Positions 32,639-58,073 are shown, counted from the first letter of the stretch. The stretch: 64,000 bases of DNA from Amoebidium appalachense (GCA_963693365.1 CAVNZM010000009.1:4165146-4229145), one strand, 5' to 3'. Program-made: numbers and translations. Notes: generated from the letters alone by a model not told the origin.

Positions 32639-33463
32639 ATGGACAACCCTACCCCAGCCAGCATCAACATGGACAGCCTCGCCAAGCAGTTCCCCATGTT
32701 CAAGAACGCCGGTATGCGAGTCGACCAGGCTACCAACAAGGCCAGCGTTCTGGACGCCATCGCGCTGGTGCTGGGGAATCGCAATGCCGCACACAAGGCT
32801 TGGCATGACATGAAAATGACCAGTCAGAGCGCTGCAATCGTCAAACCTACCGGCAGTAAGGTTGACTTGACTGGGCAGAACTTACTTGATGACGTCATCG
32901 ACATTCGCCTGCCAGGCATGAGCAAGCCCACCCCGATGGCCCCCTTCAAGACCCTGCTCGAGATCATCTACCTGCTGCCCGGCAAGCGTGCGCACGAGGT
33001 GCGCCGCACCAGCGCGGCGTACATGTCGCGTCTGCTCGCCGGCGACCTGTCGCTCATCGACGACATCGAGGCCCGCTACACCAACAGCACGCCCGAGGAG
33101 CGCGAGTTCTTCCGTAACGGCGTCGAGGAGACCACCGAGCGCGCGGCCAAGCGCACGGCCCGCGAGGCGCAGCTGGAGGAGCTGGTGGCCGAGAAGACCA
33201 AGCTGCTGAAGGTTGCCATGGAGCTGATGGACGAGCAGCGGCTGACCATTGCGCTGCGCAACGGGGCCATCCGCCAGATGCGCGAGCAGATCAACTCGGA
33301 CCCCCACACGCTCAACGAGCGCGTGCTGCCCGATGACGTAGGCAAGTGTGCACTGGACGTCGGATGCGAGGTGCTGCGCGCACGCCTGAGGAGGGTACTT
33401 AGGACTTTTGAGATTTGGGTGTTTTCTATGGAAATGCTCGGTTATCCCTTGTATATTTTGTAA
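32639..33463 (+). CDS. Paralogous Bro/antirepressor-like protein, probably truncated at the virus/host junction (~33.35 kb)
   Basis: Shares 'QFP..KNA..R.D.ATNK.SVLD..ALVLGNRNAAH' and 'RLPGMSKPTP' with the 31666 ORF. Composition turns AT-rich after ~33390. Confidence 0.65.
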   Translation: MDNPTPASINMDSLAKQFPMFKNAGMRVDQATNKASVLDAIALVLGNRNAAHKAWHDMKMTSQSAAIVKPTGSKVDLTGQNLLDDVIDIRLPGMSKPTPMAPFKTLLEIIYLLPGKRAHEVRRTSAAYMSRLLAGDLSLIDDIEARYTNSTPEEREFFRNGVEETTERAAKRTAREAQLEELVAEKTKLLKVAMELMDEQRLTIALRNGAIRQMREQINSDPHTLNERVLPDDVGKCALDVGCEVLRARLRRVLRTFEIWVFSMEMLGYPLYIL

Positions 33464-33851
33464 AAATGTATATTGTATCTCTATTAGGCACACTAGGACC
33501 CAAACTAGGATGTGCATGGAATGCGACCCAAACATCTTTGGAAGCATCCAATTATATATTTATCAACGTTTTAACTGTTGGGTGTCCGTTTGCAAACAGC
33601 GATATAAGTTCCTTCGACCACATAGCAAGCCACGATAGCGCATTATCTTTCAGGTGAAGTATCACAGTTCTTGAGGGGTAGCAAACAAGCGACATGCTGG
33701 TTAATGAACGGAGCTGGGTACGGTAGTTCCACAACAGCAATTTGGAGTTTTGCAATTGTATGGGCATTGTTTAATGCACATTGTGAATAAAACATGAGAT
33801 AAGTCTTACACAATACATCCTTAAACAGGGTGCTTTACAAATTCCAGCTAA

Positions 33852-34113
33852 CTGACCGACATGATGTTCACGACTATTACAGGCAAAGAAGCCCAATGTA
33901 ACATAATAGAGCTGAAGAACGCTCTCAATCAGGCAGGCCATCCTGTGACTTTGGAAAGAGTTCAAAGGAGAAGTGGTATGACTCCTGACCGACATGATGT
34001 TCACGACTATTACAGGCAAAGAAGCCCAATGTAACATAATAGAGCTGAAGAACGCTCTCAATCAGGCAGGCCATCCTGTGACTTTGGAAAGAGTTCAAAG
34101 GAGAAGTGGTATG
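33852..34113. repeat. 133-bp tandem duplication
   Basis: ctgaccgacatgatgttcacg...gagaagtggtatga occurs at 33852 and 33985. Confidence 0.9.
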
Positions 34114-34380
34114 AGCATCAGTCTACACGTGAAACATCACATACAATATACAAAGTAAAGGGTTATACAATACAACCTATCTAACTTACTATCACATCAA
34201 TCACAACTTACCATCACATTCCAACGCTAACCCATGAAGACAAACAAGGAAAGATTGCCTCCTCCACTTCGCTACCCATTCATTAATTCAAACAGTATGG
34301 TTCAAAAAAGTATATAGTGTGGTAGAGCATGCCTAAGGATCGGATTGAGGTTAAAGCTTTAAGATGTTGTGGTCACCGTG

Positions 34381-42336
<7,956 letters not shown>

Positions 42337-42496
42337 ATATGAAACTTCAAGATCGATCTATTTGAATGTGTCAGGCAATCGACCCGCAGATTATCAATCC
42401 GATGAATCTGGTTATTTCCATAATTTAGAAAAATACATTTATTTGGAATTTAGTCGTTAATATGGAGGTGGGAAGGGGGATAGGGTCGGCGAAGTG

Positions 42497-42533
<37 letters not shown>

Positions 42534-44009
42534 TCAGCAATCTTGTTGCGGCATCCAAAAGCTGTCGTAAACTACCCGACGACATCGGAAACCCCTCAAC
42601 ACCTCCAAAACTAACCCCTAATACATATCATTGCTCCCCGACGTCCAATGGATGTGTCGTAATATGCTCGATCCGATACTCGATGCACCAATGGATGTAC
42701 ATAGAACCCCGCGAGTGCATATCCAATGGGTGTGCAATGTAGCCATCTAACCGACGTGCAATAGATCCAACATACGACGTCCAGTCGGTGGGTATATGAC
42801 GGCGGCCAGGGGGCATTCAGACAGTCGTAACACCGTCTACGGGAGGATCAGAACGCCACCCTGTGGACGATCTTATGCATGTCTATGGTATGATGTAAAG
42901 CCATATAACGGAGCACTGTAAACGCATCGAATGTATGGTATTAATACCCTCTTGATCAAATACGTATGACTATCACATGTATGTCTATCGTTTGTTGTAA
43001 AGCAATGCAATTGAGCACTGCAAAACCATCCAGTTGATAATAAAAATAGATCGAAATCCAATCGTTCAGACGCCCTTTCCGACATCCGAAACACAACCAG
43101 TGGATATACCATGGGTGGGTTTGTGCTAACCCATGACCTATCATAAGATGTGATTTGCATCCTACTACAGATTACATTACGATGTTGTAAACAGATGCAT
43201 AGGAGGACATTACGACATATAATGTAGATGACGCATATTAATACATTTGACGTCGTAACGTACACTTGCATATGTTGTAAGGGTGTGCTATGCACATGCA
43301 CAATGTGCTTTTTGGTGCGTGATAAACCCATCCTTACATGCATAATGGCATGTTCAATGTATGATAATGATATCATACATCATACGTCATAAAATTACTG
43401 TAAGGACACATACAATATGACATCAGACGGTAAGAAGAGCGCATAAAGATAGTTTCTTTGCGTCTCGCTCCACAGGAGCAGAGACGGATACCATATGTAC
43501 TTTTTTGTCTCGCTCCACTGGAGCAGAGACCACGCCTGACAGTTTACATATTTTTAAGTCTAGTTCCACAGGAGCGAGACTGCAATACAACAAATTTCTA
43601 TGTCTCGACTCCGGAGTCTGCTCCAGACTGCACTAGACACCAAAACATATCAAAAAAAGAAGAAAAAAAAGAGGGTGGTGGGGGGGGGGGGGGCTTCTAT
43701 CATCCCACTAGTCCTCATCCTCATCCTCCCCACCCTCATCTCCTTCCTCCCCCCCAGCCGGGAGGGGGGGGGGGGGAGGAGTATAAAAGAGCAGCAACGA
43801 ACATAAACAAAACTCAAAACAAGCAGACTATTATGCGGGTTTCTAAGAAGCCCCCAACATCATTAAACTAAACACATGCTAATCCCTTGACAGAAGAGTA
43901 ACAAGGAGTGTGTGTATGTGTATGAGGCCCAAAAAAAAAAAAAAAGGACGCCCAACATGACAATATAAGGGGGGCACTCTTACACCAAACCATACCATAC
44001 CAAATGCCG

Positions 44010-44265
44010 GCAGAGTAATTAACAGGACAAAGAGCCGGTACCCACCTATGGGTGCTAAACATGCACATGATCATTCATGTGCTATAAGAGCAACACAGAA
44101 ACGAAACACGGAAACAACAGCAGCCATAGGACAAAGAGCCCCAGACCCACAGGGTCTTGCCTCCATACTTTATTTACCTTAACAGGACAACGAGCCGGTA
44201 CCCACCTATGAAACGAAAAACGGAAACAACAGCAGCCATAGGACAAAGAGCCGGTACCCACCTCT
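44010..44265. repeat. Short dispersed direct repeats
   Basis: aggacaaagagccggtacccacct and acggaaacaacagcagccataggacaaagagcc recur two to three times. Confidence 0.7.
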
Positions 44266-44644
44266 AGATGATAACGTAGCCTTATAGCTGCTGATGACTT
44301 CATGGGCCAACCTTGCCAAAACCTGTAAAGGAACTCGAGCTAAGAATTAGCTCATCCTACTTGCGAGAAGTGGGGGGGAGGGGGGGGGGGGGGGGGGAGA
44401 GGGGGGACTGAGGGGGCTGACTGAGAGTGGCAAAAAAAGAGTCGACAGAACCAACCTCAAACATAGTAAGGACGGAAACCCGGACCAGAACTTATGAAGT
44501 CTAGAGAAGCAGAAAATAGCTTGAACGATCGGTGGAGGGGATGATGGCTATAGTGCTAACAGCAAAAGTAGTGCCCACAGTCGCTGGTTCATGAACGTGA
44601 AAGGCAACGTGCATCTGCAGCCAGCAGACACACGCACACGCACG

Positions 44645-44683
<39 letters not shown>

Positions 44684-44805
44684 AGACACAGACCAGACAG
44701 ACAAACGCCATATGCACAAAAGCAGGCAACACAAAACTAACCTTCAAGAAGAAGCTGCAGCATGCAGTATGGTCCAAAACAATCAGCACGGTGGCTGCGC
44801 CATCT

Positions 44806-44922
44806 GCGGAGGGGATCTGTGACCAGGCGCTGCGGGAAGGGAACTGCGACCAGGCGACCTGCGGGAAGGGACCTGCGACCAGGCGACCTGCGGGAAGGGA
44901 CCTGCGGACCTGCGGGAAGGGG
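44806..44922. repeat. GC-rich minisatellite
   Basis: Four to five imperfect copies of gcgaccaggcgacctgcgggaaggg. Confidence 0.75.
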
Positions 44923-45269
44923 GAAGAAATGGAGAAAACAACGTGCGCACAGGCTTAAATGGAGAAAAAATTGCAAACCGGATTGGGATTTAGCCAATCA
45001 CTATTCGCCGGGCCTGATTAGTAAAAAGATAAAAATAGATTTCGGCTCGCGCGCGCGCGTGCATCAGCTTGGTGCCCTTAGAGCTACCCTTAGTCACAAC
45101 TATCAGACTATAGTTACGTGTCCTCCACTTCTTTGTTCTTGACCATTTTTCGGCATGAAAGGGTTTCTGTTACTTCTTGCTGTCCTTCTTAGCGTGCTTG
45201 CTTGTCTTTTTTTCAACATGGGTGTCACTGGCGCTTTCGACTTCTTTGAAATCACACACACACACACAC

Positions 45270-45303
<34 letters not shown>

Positions 45304-45986
45304 GCACACACACTCACACATGCACACTGCACACACACACACACACACACACACAGGCGCGCACACACAGGCACGCACACACACACAGGCGCACACCTAC
45401 ACAACACACACAGCACATGCACACACAAGCGCACACACGCACACACCCTGTTATCCCTGATCATGATGCCCCCTCCCCCCTCCCTCTTCCCCCCCGCGCA
45501 CCCCCCCCCCCCCCCCCCCCCCCCCCCCCACCCACCCCACCCACCCACCTACAAAGACGAAAACATTGTACATGTATTGCATACACAAATATACTCGCAC
45601 ATATACATACACACATTCACTTTAATCTTTCAGGCTACATGTGCAATATACATTAATTATGCACAGTCGATAGAATTCGTTGTGAACCCCCCCCCCCCCC
45701 CCCCTCCCCCCTCCCTCGTTCCCCCCATATGCAATGGGGATAATATTGTTTCCCGCTATTAATTAAAAAATCACCGTTCTAATTTCCTAAGACCGAACCA
45801 CTTGTAACACCGACAGTTTCGGTTGTGTGGAACCCCCCCCCCCCCTCCCCCCCCCCCCCCCCCCCCCCCCCCCAACCCACCCACCACCTTACCAATATTG
45901 AGGTGTACACTGCCCCCACATCCCCAACTGTGTGCTGAATATCCCGTGCTAGGAAACCAATAACGTGAAAGTAACACATGCCGCAT

Positions 45987-48750
45987 GTGGGTAGTTATTG
46001 AAAAAACCAATAATGTCTAGGTACATACTATGTACATATACTATGCTACAAAGGGGGTTCTATACCAGCTACAACGTTGTGTTTTTTTCGTGTGACCCTC
46101 GTACTCCAGGGGCACATTCACCACCCCCCCCATAAACTTTGTGGTAAAGGTCTCGTGCTAGAAGCTGTTCTGTGGGTAGTTATTGAAAAAACGAATAATG
46201 TCTAGGTAACACATGTACATATGCTATGCTACAAGGGGGGTTCTATTCTACAATGTTGTGTTTTTTTTGTGTGACCCTCGTACTCCAGGGGCACATTCAC
46301 CATCCCCCCCATAAACTTTGTGGTAAATCTCTCGTGCTAGAAGCTGTTCTGTGGGTAGTTATTGAAAAAACCAATAATGTCCAGGTAACACATGGACATA
46401 TACTATGCTACAAGGGGGGTCTATTCGAGCTACAACATTGTGTTTTTTTCGTGTGACCCTCGTACTCCAGGGGCACATTCACCATCCCCCCCATAAACTT
46501 TGTGGTAAAGCTCTCGTGCTAGAAGCTGTTCTGTGGGTAGTTATTGAAAACACCAATAATGTCTAGGTAACATACTATGTACATATACTATGCTACAAGG
46601 GGGGTTCTATACGAGCTACAACGTTGTGTTTTTTTCGTGTGACCCTCGTACTCCAGGGGCACATTCACCATCCCCCCCATAAACTTTGTGGTAAAGCTCT
46701 CGTGCTAGAAGCTGTTCTGTGGGTAGTTATTGAAAAAACGAATAATGTCTAGGTAACACATGTACTTATACTATGCTACAAGGGGGGTTCTATTCGAGCT
46801 ACAATGTTGTGTTTTTTTCGTGTGACCCTCGTACTCCAGGGGCACATTCACCATCCACCCCATAAACTTTGTGGTAAATCTCTCGTGCTAGAGGCTGTTC
46901 TGTGGGTAGTTATTGAAAAACCAATAATGTCTATGTAACATATGTACATATACTATGCCACAACGGGGGTTCTATACGAGCTACAACGTTGTGTTTTTTT
47001 CGTGTGACCCTCGTACTCCAGGGGCACATTCACCATCCCCCCCATAAACGTTGTGGTAAAGCTCTCGTGCTAGAAGCTGTTCTGTGGGTAGTTATTGAAA
47101 AAACGAATAATGTCTAGGTAACACATGTACATATACTATGCTACAAGGGGGGTTCTATTCGAGCTACAATGTTGTGTTTTTTTCGTGTGACCCTCGTACT
47201 CCAGGGGCACATTCACCATCCACCCCATAAACTTTGTGGTAAATTTCTCGTGCTAGAAGCTGTTCTGTGGGTAGTTATTGAAAAAACCAATAATGTCTAG
47301 GTAACATACTATGTACATATACTATGCTACAAGGGGGGTTCTATACGAGCTACAACGTTGTGTTTTTTTCGTGTGACCCTCGTACTCCAGGGGCACATTC
47401 ACCATCCCCCCCATAAACGTTGTGGTAAAGCTCTCGTGCTAGAAGCTGTTCTGTGGGTAGTTATTTAAAAAACGAATAATGTCTAGGTAACACACTGGTA
47501 CTTATACTATGCTACAAGGGGGGTTCTATTCGAGCTACAATGTTGTGTTTTTTTCGTGTGATCCTCGTACTCCAGGGGCACATTCACCATCCACCCCATA
47601 AACTTTGTGGTAAATCTCTCGTGCTAGAGGCTGTTCTGTGGGTAGTTATTGAAAAACCAATAATGTCTAGGTAACATATGTACATATACTATGCTACAAG
47701 GGGGGTTCTATGCGAGCTACAACGTTGTGTTTTTTTCGTGTGACCCTCGTACTCCAGGGGCACATTCACCATCCCCCCCATAAACGTTGTGGTAAAGCTC
47801 TCGTGCTAGAAGCTGTTCTGTGGGTAGTTATTGAAACAACGAATAATGTATAGGTAACACATGTACTTATACTATGCTACAAGGGGGGTTCTATTCGAGC
47901 TACAATGTTGTGTTTTTTTCGTGTGATCCTCGTACTCCAGGGGCACATTCACCATCCACCCCATAAACTTTGTGGTAAATCTCTCGTGCTAGAGGCTGTT
48001 CTGTGGGTAGTTATTGAAAAACCAATAATGTCTAGGTAACATATGTACATATACTATGCTACAAGGGGGGTTCTATGCGAGCTACAACGTTGTGTTTTTT
48101 TCGTGTGACCCTCGTACTCCAGGGGCACATTCACCATCCCCCCCATAAACGTTGTGGTAAAGCTCTCGTGCTAGAAGCTGTTCTGTGGGTAGTTATTGAA
48201 ACAACGAATAATGTATAGGTAACACATGTACTTATACTATGCTACAAGGGGGGTTCTATTCGAGCTACAATGTTGTGTTTTTTTCGTGTGACCCTCGTAC
48301 TCCAGGGGCACATTCACCATCCACCCCATAAACTTTGTGGTAAATCTCTCGTGCTAGAGGCTGTTCTGTGGGTAGTTATTGAAAAACCAATAATGTCTAG
48401 GTAACATATGTACATATACTATGCTACAAGGGGGGTTCTATACGAGCTACAATGTTGTGTTTTTTTCGTGTGACCCTCGTACTCCAGGGGCACATTCACC
48501 ATCCACCCCATAAACTTTGTGGTAAATCTCTCGTGCTAGAGGCTGTTCTGTGGGTAGTTATTGAAAAACCAATAATGTCTAGGTAACATATGTACATATA
48601 CTATGCTACAAGGGGGGTTCTATACGAGCTACAACGTTGTGTTTTTTTCGTGTGACCCTCGTACTCCAGGGGCACATTCACCATCCCCCCTTATAATTTG
48701 TGGTGAATTTCTCGTGGTAGAAGCTACTCTGTGGGTAGTTATTGAAAAAA
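45987..48750. repeat. Tandem satellite, ~183-bp monomer x ~15
   Basis: gtgggtagttatt recurs every ~180-186 bp from 45987 to 48731, with near-identical intervening sequence. Confidence 0.97.
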
Positions 48751-48811
48751 CCCGATGCTTATAAGTAACGCATGCACAAATTGTCATCATAGCATTATAC
48801 TACCACAGTAG

Positions 48812-49323
48812 TTGGTTGACAATCGAGTGATACAGCATGGTGACAGGATACGAATTCACCGAGGACTCACTCAACGAGATGAACGAGCGTTACAGAACGT
48901 ACGTGTCTGCCCCCCCCCCCCCCCCCCCCCCCCCAAGCCCCCCTGTCTTCCCTCCTTCCCCGCTAAGACCCCCCCCCCCCCCCCCCCCTCCCTGCACGTG
49001 TCTAGGTGTATAGATCCTACAGGTAATGATGGCAGAACTTTCGCCATTTGGTAATGGACTCCGTGCCGCTCTAGTGCATTATATTGTAAAGTAATATCAC
49101 CTACAAAAAACGCAGGTTCGGCAAAGCTGCGTACGAGTGCTTCAAGGACTCCACCAAAAACGAACTCAAAACATCGAAATTCCATGCTGGTGTGCATTAT
49201 TCTGACGACTATCGCCTCTTTGGCCCGGTGGAGTCAGCTGAGAGCTGGGAGCGTGCACACAAATACTACTGCAAGATGCCGTATCGTATGACCGACAAGA
49301 ACTCTGCATTGAATATTTTGCAG
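48812..49323 (+). pseudogene. Plavaka/CACTA-like transposase C-terminal remnant, copy 1
   Basis: 'SKFHAGVHYSDDYRLFGPVESAESWERAHKYYCKMPYRMTDK' fits the K.H...H...R.FG...E.AH...K..Y..T pattern; interrupted by short introns. Confidence 0.5.
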
Positions 49324-49610
49324 TTGAGTACTAGTACTCCAAAATATGGTGAAATCTACGATATCCGGCGAGCATGTTTGTATGTCGTAGTCCACATGTC
49401 GACGATATTATGTATCGTCTTACGACCGTTTGTACCGTACGATATATCGTTTTACGACAGTAATATGGATGGTATTGTTACAGTCTTGGGGATGGCCCAT
49501 GGATATACATAAGGCGTGTTATGGATTATGTTTCGACATCTTTATTACACCTACTAGACATGTGAACCACCGAAAGGTGGATACTACAAGATGGATACAT
49601 TTGCACGGTT

Positions 49611-49870
49611 AATAACGTGCAGGGGATTGATGGGGCCCCAACCAAATTTTGCAGTAGGCAGTGTCTCTGTGTGGGTGATGTAACAAAACCGGTCGGACTG
49701 TCCCCCCATTTCTGTGGGAAAAGTTATTGACCGTTGTACGTCCATATTATGCAAAATGCGCTGTAATACATAGGGAAAGGGGGGAATAACGTGCAGGGGA
49801 TTGTTGGGAGCACAACCAAACTTTGCATTAGGCAGTTTCTCTGTGTGGGGGGTCTAACAAAACCGGTCGG
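49611..49870. repeat. ~90-bp direct repeat pair
   Basis: aataacgtgcaggggattg...taacaaaaccggtcgga at 49611 and ~49785. Confidence 0.8.
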
Positions 49871-50014
49871 AATGGGGGGATATCACCACTTTCATTCCGC
49901 GGCCACCTGATGAGCCTCATCCGCTTTCCATGAGGCGTGCAAAAACAAATTCACATGTCAGTCACAACGGTTGCGCCCGTTAGATAATCTCCTGTGATCA
50001 TTAAGATGACCGTA

Positions 50015-50195
50015 TGGATTTTGGTATGTGATCACTATAATGATCGTATGAGGCATAGAATGAGATCATTATGATGATCGTATGGGGGTATAACTAGCGA
50101 TCCTTATGGTGGTCGTATGGGGCATATAATGAGATCATTATAATGATCGTATGGGGGTATAATTAGCGATCCTTATGGTGGTCGTATGGGGCTTC
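50015..50195. repeat. Minisatellite, ~32-bp units with ~65-bp dimer
   Basis: Recurring atgatcgtatggggg / atggtggtcgtatgggg. Confidence 0.75.
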
Positions 50196-50244
50196 TATGA
50201 AAAACTACTCCGGGGGTCATTCATTCCCAGGACACCCCTACCCC

Positions 50245-50306
<62 letters not shown>

Positions 50307-51449
50307 GTATACTATATATATATACATAAAACTATTGTACTTATACATTATAAAAACCCCAACTTATATATATATATATATATACTGTATATATATATAT
50401 ATATATATATGATATATATATACTATATGATATATATATATATATACACATAAAACTATTGTACTTATACATTATAAAAACAGTATTTATTATTGCAGAA
50501 TTCGCCGTTTCTTATTAGTTTACAGACGTCGGAAACCTCATATTAAGATGCTCAGAATCGCCTTCACAGTATGCTTTGTTTTCGACGTCGACGATGCCCA
50601 TCATGTTAGCCTACACAGTATACATACGTAGAACAGGCTTACGACGTCCATAGCACATCTATAGCATTGGAATAGGTGCTACATTTGGTTAATGGACGGT
50701 GTAAACGCATGCACAGCATGTCCATAGGATGGCGTTGGCATATACACATGAGGGTCGAGAAATCAGTGGACCTCTTTATTACCCTGTAACATGCTTGTCG
50801 ACGTCGACGATGGGTTTTCAGCTTTTCCATCCATTAAAATGTCGAGGGTACCAAACGCAGCCACTCAGGTATCGTAAACTACTCCGAACCCGTCGTCGAC
50901 GTCGTAGAGGGGTTTCCGATGGGGGGGGAAGATTGCTGATGTTAGCCGTACACCACAAAACCCCATCAAGCCCCACCACTTTCCCCACCCGGCGGGTACG
51001 CTTTTCCTATATGTGCCTTCATATGGCTAGGTGCACTTTTGTTGCCACCCACGAACCAATGGCCTGGGAGCATCCATCTTTTGGGAATTGCAGCATATAG
51101 GTCACTAGGGAGGTGTGGGCCAAGTTACAGGGCTGCAGCCAAAATACCAAAAACCCCCCCCTACGTTTACACCCGCGAATGTTATTTTTCCTACATGTGC
51201 AACATCAACTACTCAGGGCACCACCAAATAATGAATAACACGTGTTCCACGTGCAAGTAGCAGTTGACACTTGGTACAAAGTAGCATATGGTTGCTAGGA
51301 ACGTGTGCACCAATTTTTAGCCGTGCACCACAAAACCCCACCAAGCCCCCCCACTTTCCCACCCGGCGGTCCCCCCCCCCCCCCCCCCTCACCCTTCCCC
51401 TTTTCCCCCTCCCCCCCCCCCCCCCCCCCCCCCCCCCCGTCCACCAACA

Positions 51450-54265
<2,816 letters not shown>

Positions 54266-56020
54266 ACTAAACTATATTTTTTCTTTTTTTTTTTTCTTCC
54301 TCTTTTTATCTATTTCTTGCCCTTGATTTGTGGAACCGAGTATAACGTGGTTGTGTAACTTTGTGCCGTGGATAAGTATTACTTATGTGATAGATATAAG
54401 ACCAGACATACATTATTTATCAATGGTGGTCATTAGCTATCATATGGTTATGCGATGGATCGGTAAAGATGTATAATGTTTATCCGGAAATGCCTTATTA
54501 CATATCAAATACACCCTAATAGATATGCTACAGATATACAGTACCAAAATTATGCAATTAATCCAGTGGATATACCCTAGAGATGTAGCTACAGATGTAT
54601 CTGGCTATCTGTATGGGTATCAACCCAGATAGGCTGTTATAGTGATATTTTGAGTATTAGATACGGGTGTAAATGGATATCCCAAAACATGTATGTTTGT
54701 TAAGTGTTAGGCATTAGGTTGGGCATCTACTTTGATAGGTTTGTTTTTCATGCATTAGGTATCAACATAGGTGCCGAGTGCATATGTAGGTGTATATGTA
54801 TCCGCATATCATGTTGGATATTAAGCTTAGATATTGTGAATGGTGATGCATTGTATATGAATATCGACATATATTGGATGGGTAAGCAGGGGTGCATATG
54901 GATAGCCGTTGGAGATCGGTATGGGGGTCTATTGTGATATGTATTTTCGTCATGCATTGGATATTAGTATTAGGGTCTAGTGGATGGGCAAATGCAGGTG
55001 TATCAAGATATCTGTATGGATGTTAAGCCTAGATAACCAGTATAGCTATCCATTGTGTCTTAGTATGATTGTCTATTGGACATCAGCGTGCGGGTGTATA
55101 TGGATAACCGTCAGAGCCATATTTGGTGATCTAATTGGATATGTAGAATCGTCATGCTTTGGTTATTATAGGAGGGTCTAGTGGACAAGCAAATGCGTAT
55201 GTATCTGGATATCGGAATGGATATCCATTGAACGTATCCAATATGGGCATGCATTGTTCATTAGCCTTGGGGTCAAGTGCACATGTATTAGCGATCCATC
55301 TGGATATTTCAATGGATATCCAATATGGACATCCACTATAGACCACCATTGGATATACTTGTTAGGTGTATTGCATGTCTTGCGACAGGGATATCTTGAT
55401 ATCTGTATGGGGATTTTGATCGGATATCCGTGTCAGTCATGTATTGGATATGTTGTTACTGATCCAGTCTAATACACAGCTAAGCATCCAAATGGATATC
55501 CAGAATGTTACATATCCATATAGCTATCCAACGGAGGAATGCAGTTGAAATTCCATCATTGGATATCCAGCGTCGATATCCATTGTGGGCATCTGTCTAA
55601 TATCCAATACATGCCGAACCAACCAGATGGCGTTTGATGTCTGCATTCATATGCATCTAATGTGTATTTAATGGCCATTATAGGTGCACTTATGTATCCA
55701 TATAAGCATTGATTGCATATCCAGATATGTGATATCACAACGATGCCCAATGGAGGTACAGCATGGATATCCATATGTGATATCTTTTGGGGGTGTAATA
55801 TCTTGATCACTATCTAAGCATGCAACTACATATATATTGGACATTGGTTGGAGGTCAGGAGGAAATAGACATGTTGTATATATCCAGTGGATGGTATTGA
55901 TATGTTCGACTGAAACCATCCTACATATCGTGTGTATATCCAAAGGATATCCATTAATATACAGTTGCATATCCTAGATGGGTTTGATATGTTTTGGATG
56001 TTCGCGCAAGATTGCTGATG

Positions 56021-56596
<576 letters not shown>

Positions 56597-56777
56597 ACCC
56601 ATGTCTCTCATAACTGTGACACTGTGTTTTACGTGCCTGCGCATCATGTGTGGTCCGTACGCCCAACAGTGTAACCCCAACATACACAAGAAATCATACA
56701 ATCACACACCGGTCCCACCTTCCGTGTGTCTATTTGTCCCTAGGCAACATCCCGTATACAGTACGTGCAACCCGTCC

Positions 56778-56814
<37 letters not shown>

Positions 56815-57668
56815 TCGCCCCTCGCCCCTTCTCCTCCCCCAAATCTCTCTCCTTCAAATTCACACCCAGGATAAACCCAGGATAAACCCTCAATCCCCCT
56901 TCATCGCCACCACCTCCCCCTCCCGCACTATCACTCTCCCCCAAACCCGACCTCTGTGTTGTTGACGTGTTCCTCCCGGGCAATCTCCGTGCGATTCGCG
57001 CCGTGAACGCAGGTGAAGACCTATTCCTCTTGATCGTCGAATCAGCGACCGAGGGCCTCCCAAGCTCCAAATCAGCAGAGTTGCCCTGTGTGTGTCTCCT
57101 CGTAGGAGGGGTGGCACCCGCGTCGGCGCGGTTTCTCTCCCTCGATGTTTTCTCCCCGAAATGGATGTATTCCTGTTGAAGCCTTTGCATGATTCTCTTC
57201 ATCTCCCGCCTCGAAGGCGTAACTTCAATCCCCCCCGCGCGCGAACCAAACCCATCCTCGTTCCCTGCCATCCCTCCTGAACCAGAGCCCATTGCACCCG
57301 AGAGGAACCCCAGGCTGCGTGGTTTCACCCTGGGTGATGGGTGTGTGTGCACGTCAGGTGTGCGGCTGTTGGGGGCCTATCTGCCGTGTGTTGCTGCACG
57401 TATGGCTATAACTTCTCCTCAACCTCCTTTTGTACCCTCACTAGAAGGGTCTGTACACTCTCTGGCCCAATTTCGTGCCTCTCTTGGCCCAGTCCGTTCA
57501 AGCCGTTGGAGCTGCAAAGGAGGGGGAGGAGGGGGTGGGAGTGGGGGGAGGGGCGGGGGGGGGGGGGGGGAGGGGGGGGGGGGGGAGAAGGGGCAGGGGG
57601 GAGGGGGGAGAGGGGAGGAGAGTTAGAACTTGTTATAGAGTACGAAGACAACGTCAGCGGGTGCCCTC

Positions 57669-57725
<57 letters not shown>

Positions 57726-57858
57726 TATGGGTGCGTGTTGATAAAATCTACCAATGTGCGTCGTGGCTGAATACACATCCACCCACCCACCTCCCCACCC
57801 ACCCTTCTCTCCCCACGCACACACACGCGCGCGCGCGCTCACCTACGCACACGTGCGT

Positions 57859-57927
<69 letters not shown>

Positions 57928-58041
57928 GGTGTCCGTGTGTACGTGTGTGTGTGTGTTTGTATGTGTGTACGTGTGTGTGCGGCGCCTGTTTTGTGTGTGT
58001 GCGCACGCGCCGAGTGTGTACACTGTTTGTGTGTGTGTGTG

Positions 58042-58073
<32 letters not shown>

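Larger units (their letters stand above)
9186..33400. mobile_element. Endogenous DNA virus segment (Bamfordvirae: Nucleocytoviricota-like with a PLV/Polinton-like penton)
   Basis: Abrupt switch to intronless, tightly packed ORFs lacking host microsatellites. Encodes A32-like ATPase, VLTF2-like, PCNA, SF3 helicase, penton-like, histone doublet, ligase and KilA-N genes. Boundaries are approximate. Confidence 0.9.

Noticed and set aside
45987-48750. Regular repeats as a CRISPR array
   Set aside because: Whole monomers are near-identical, with no unique spacers and no cas genes; this is a satellite.
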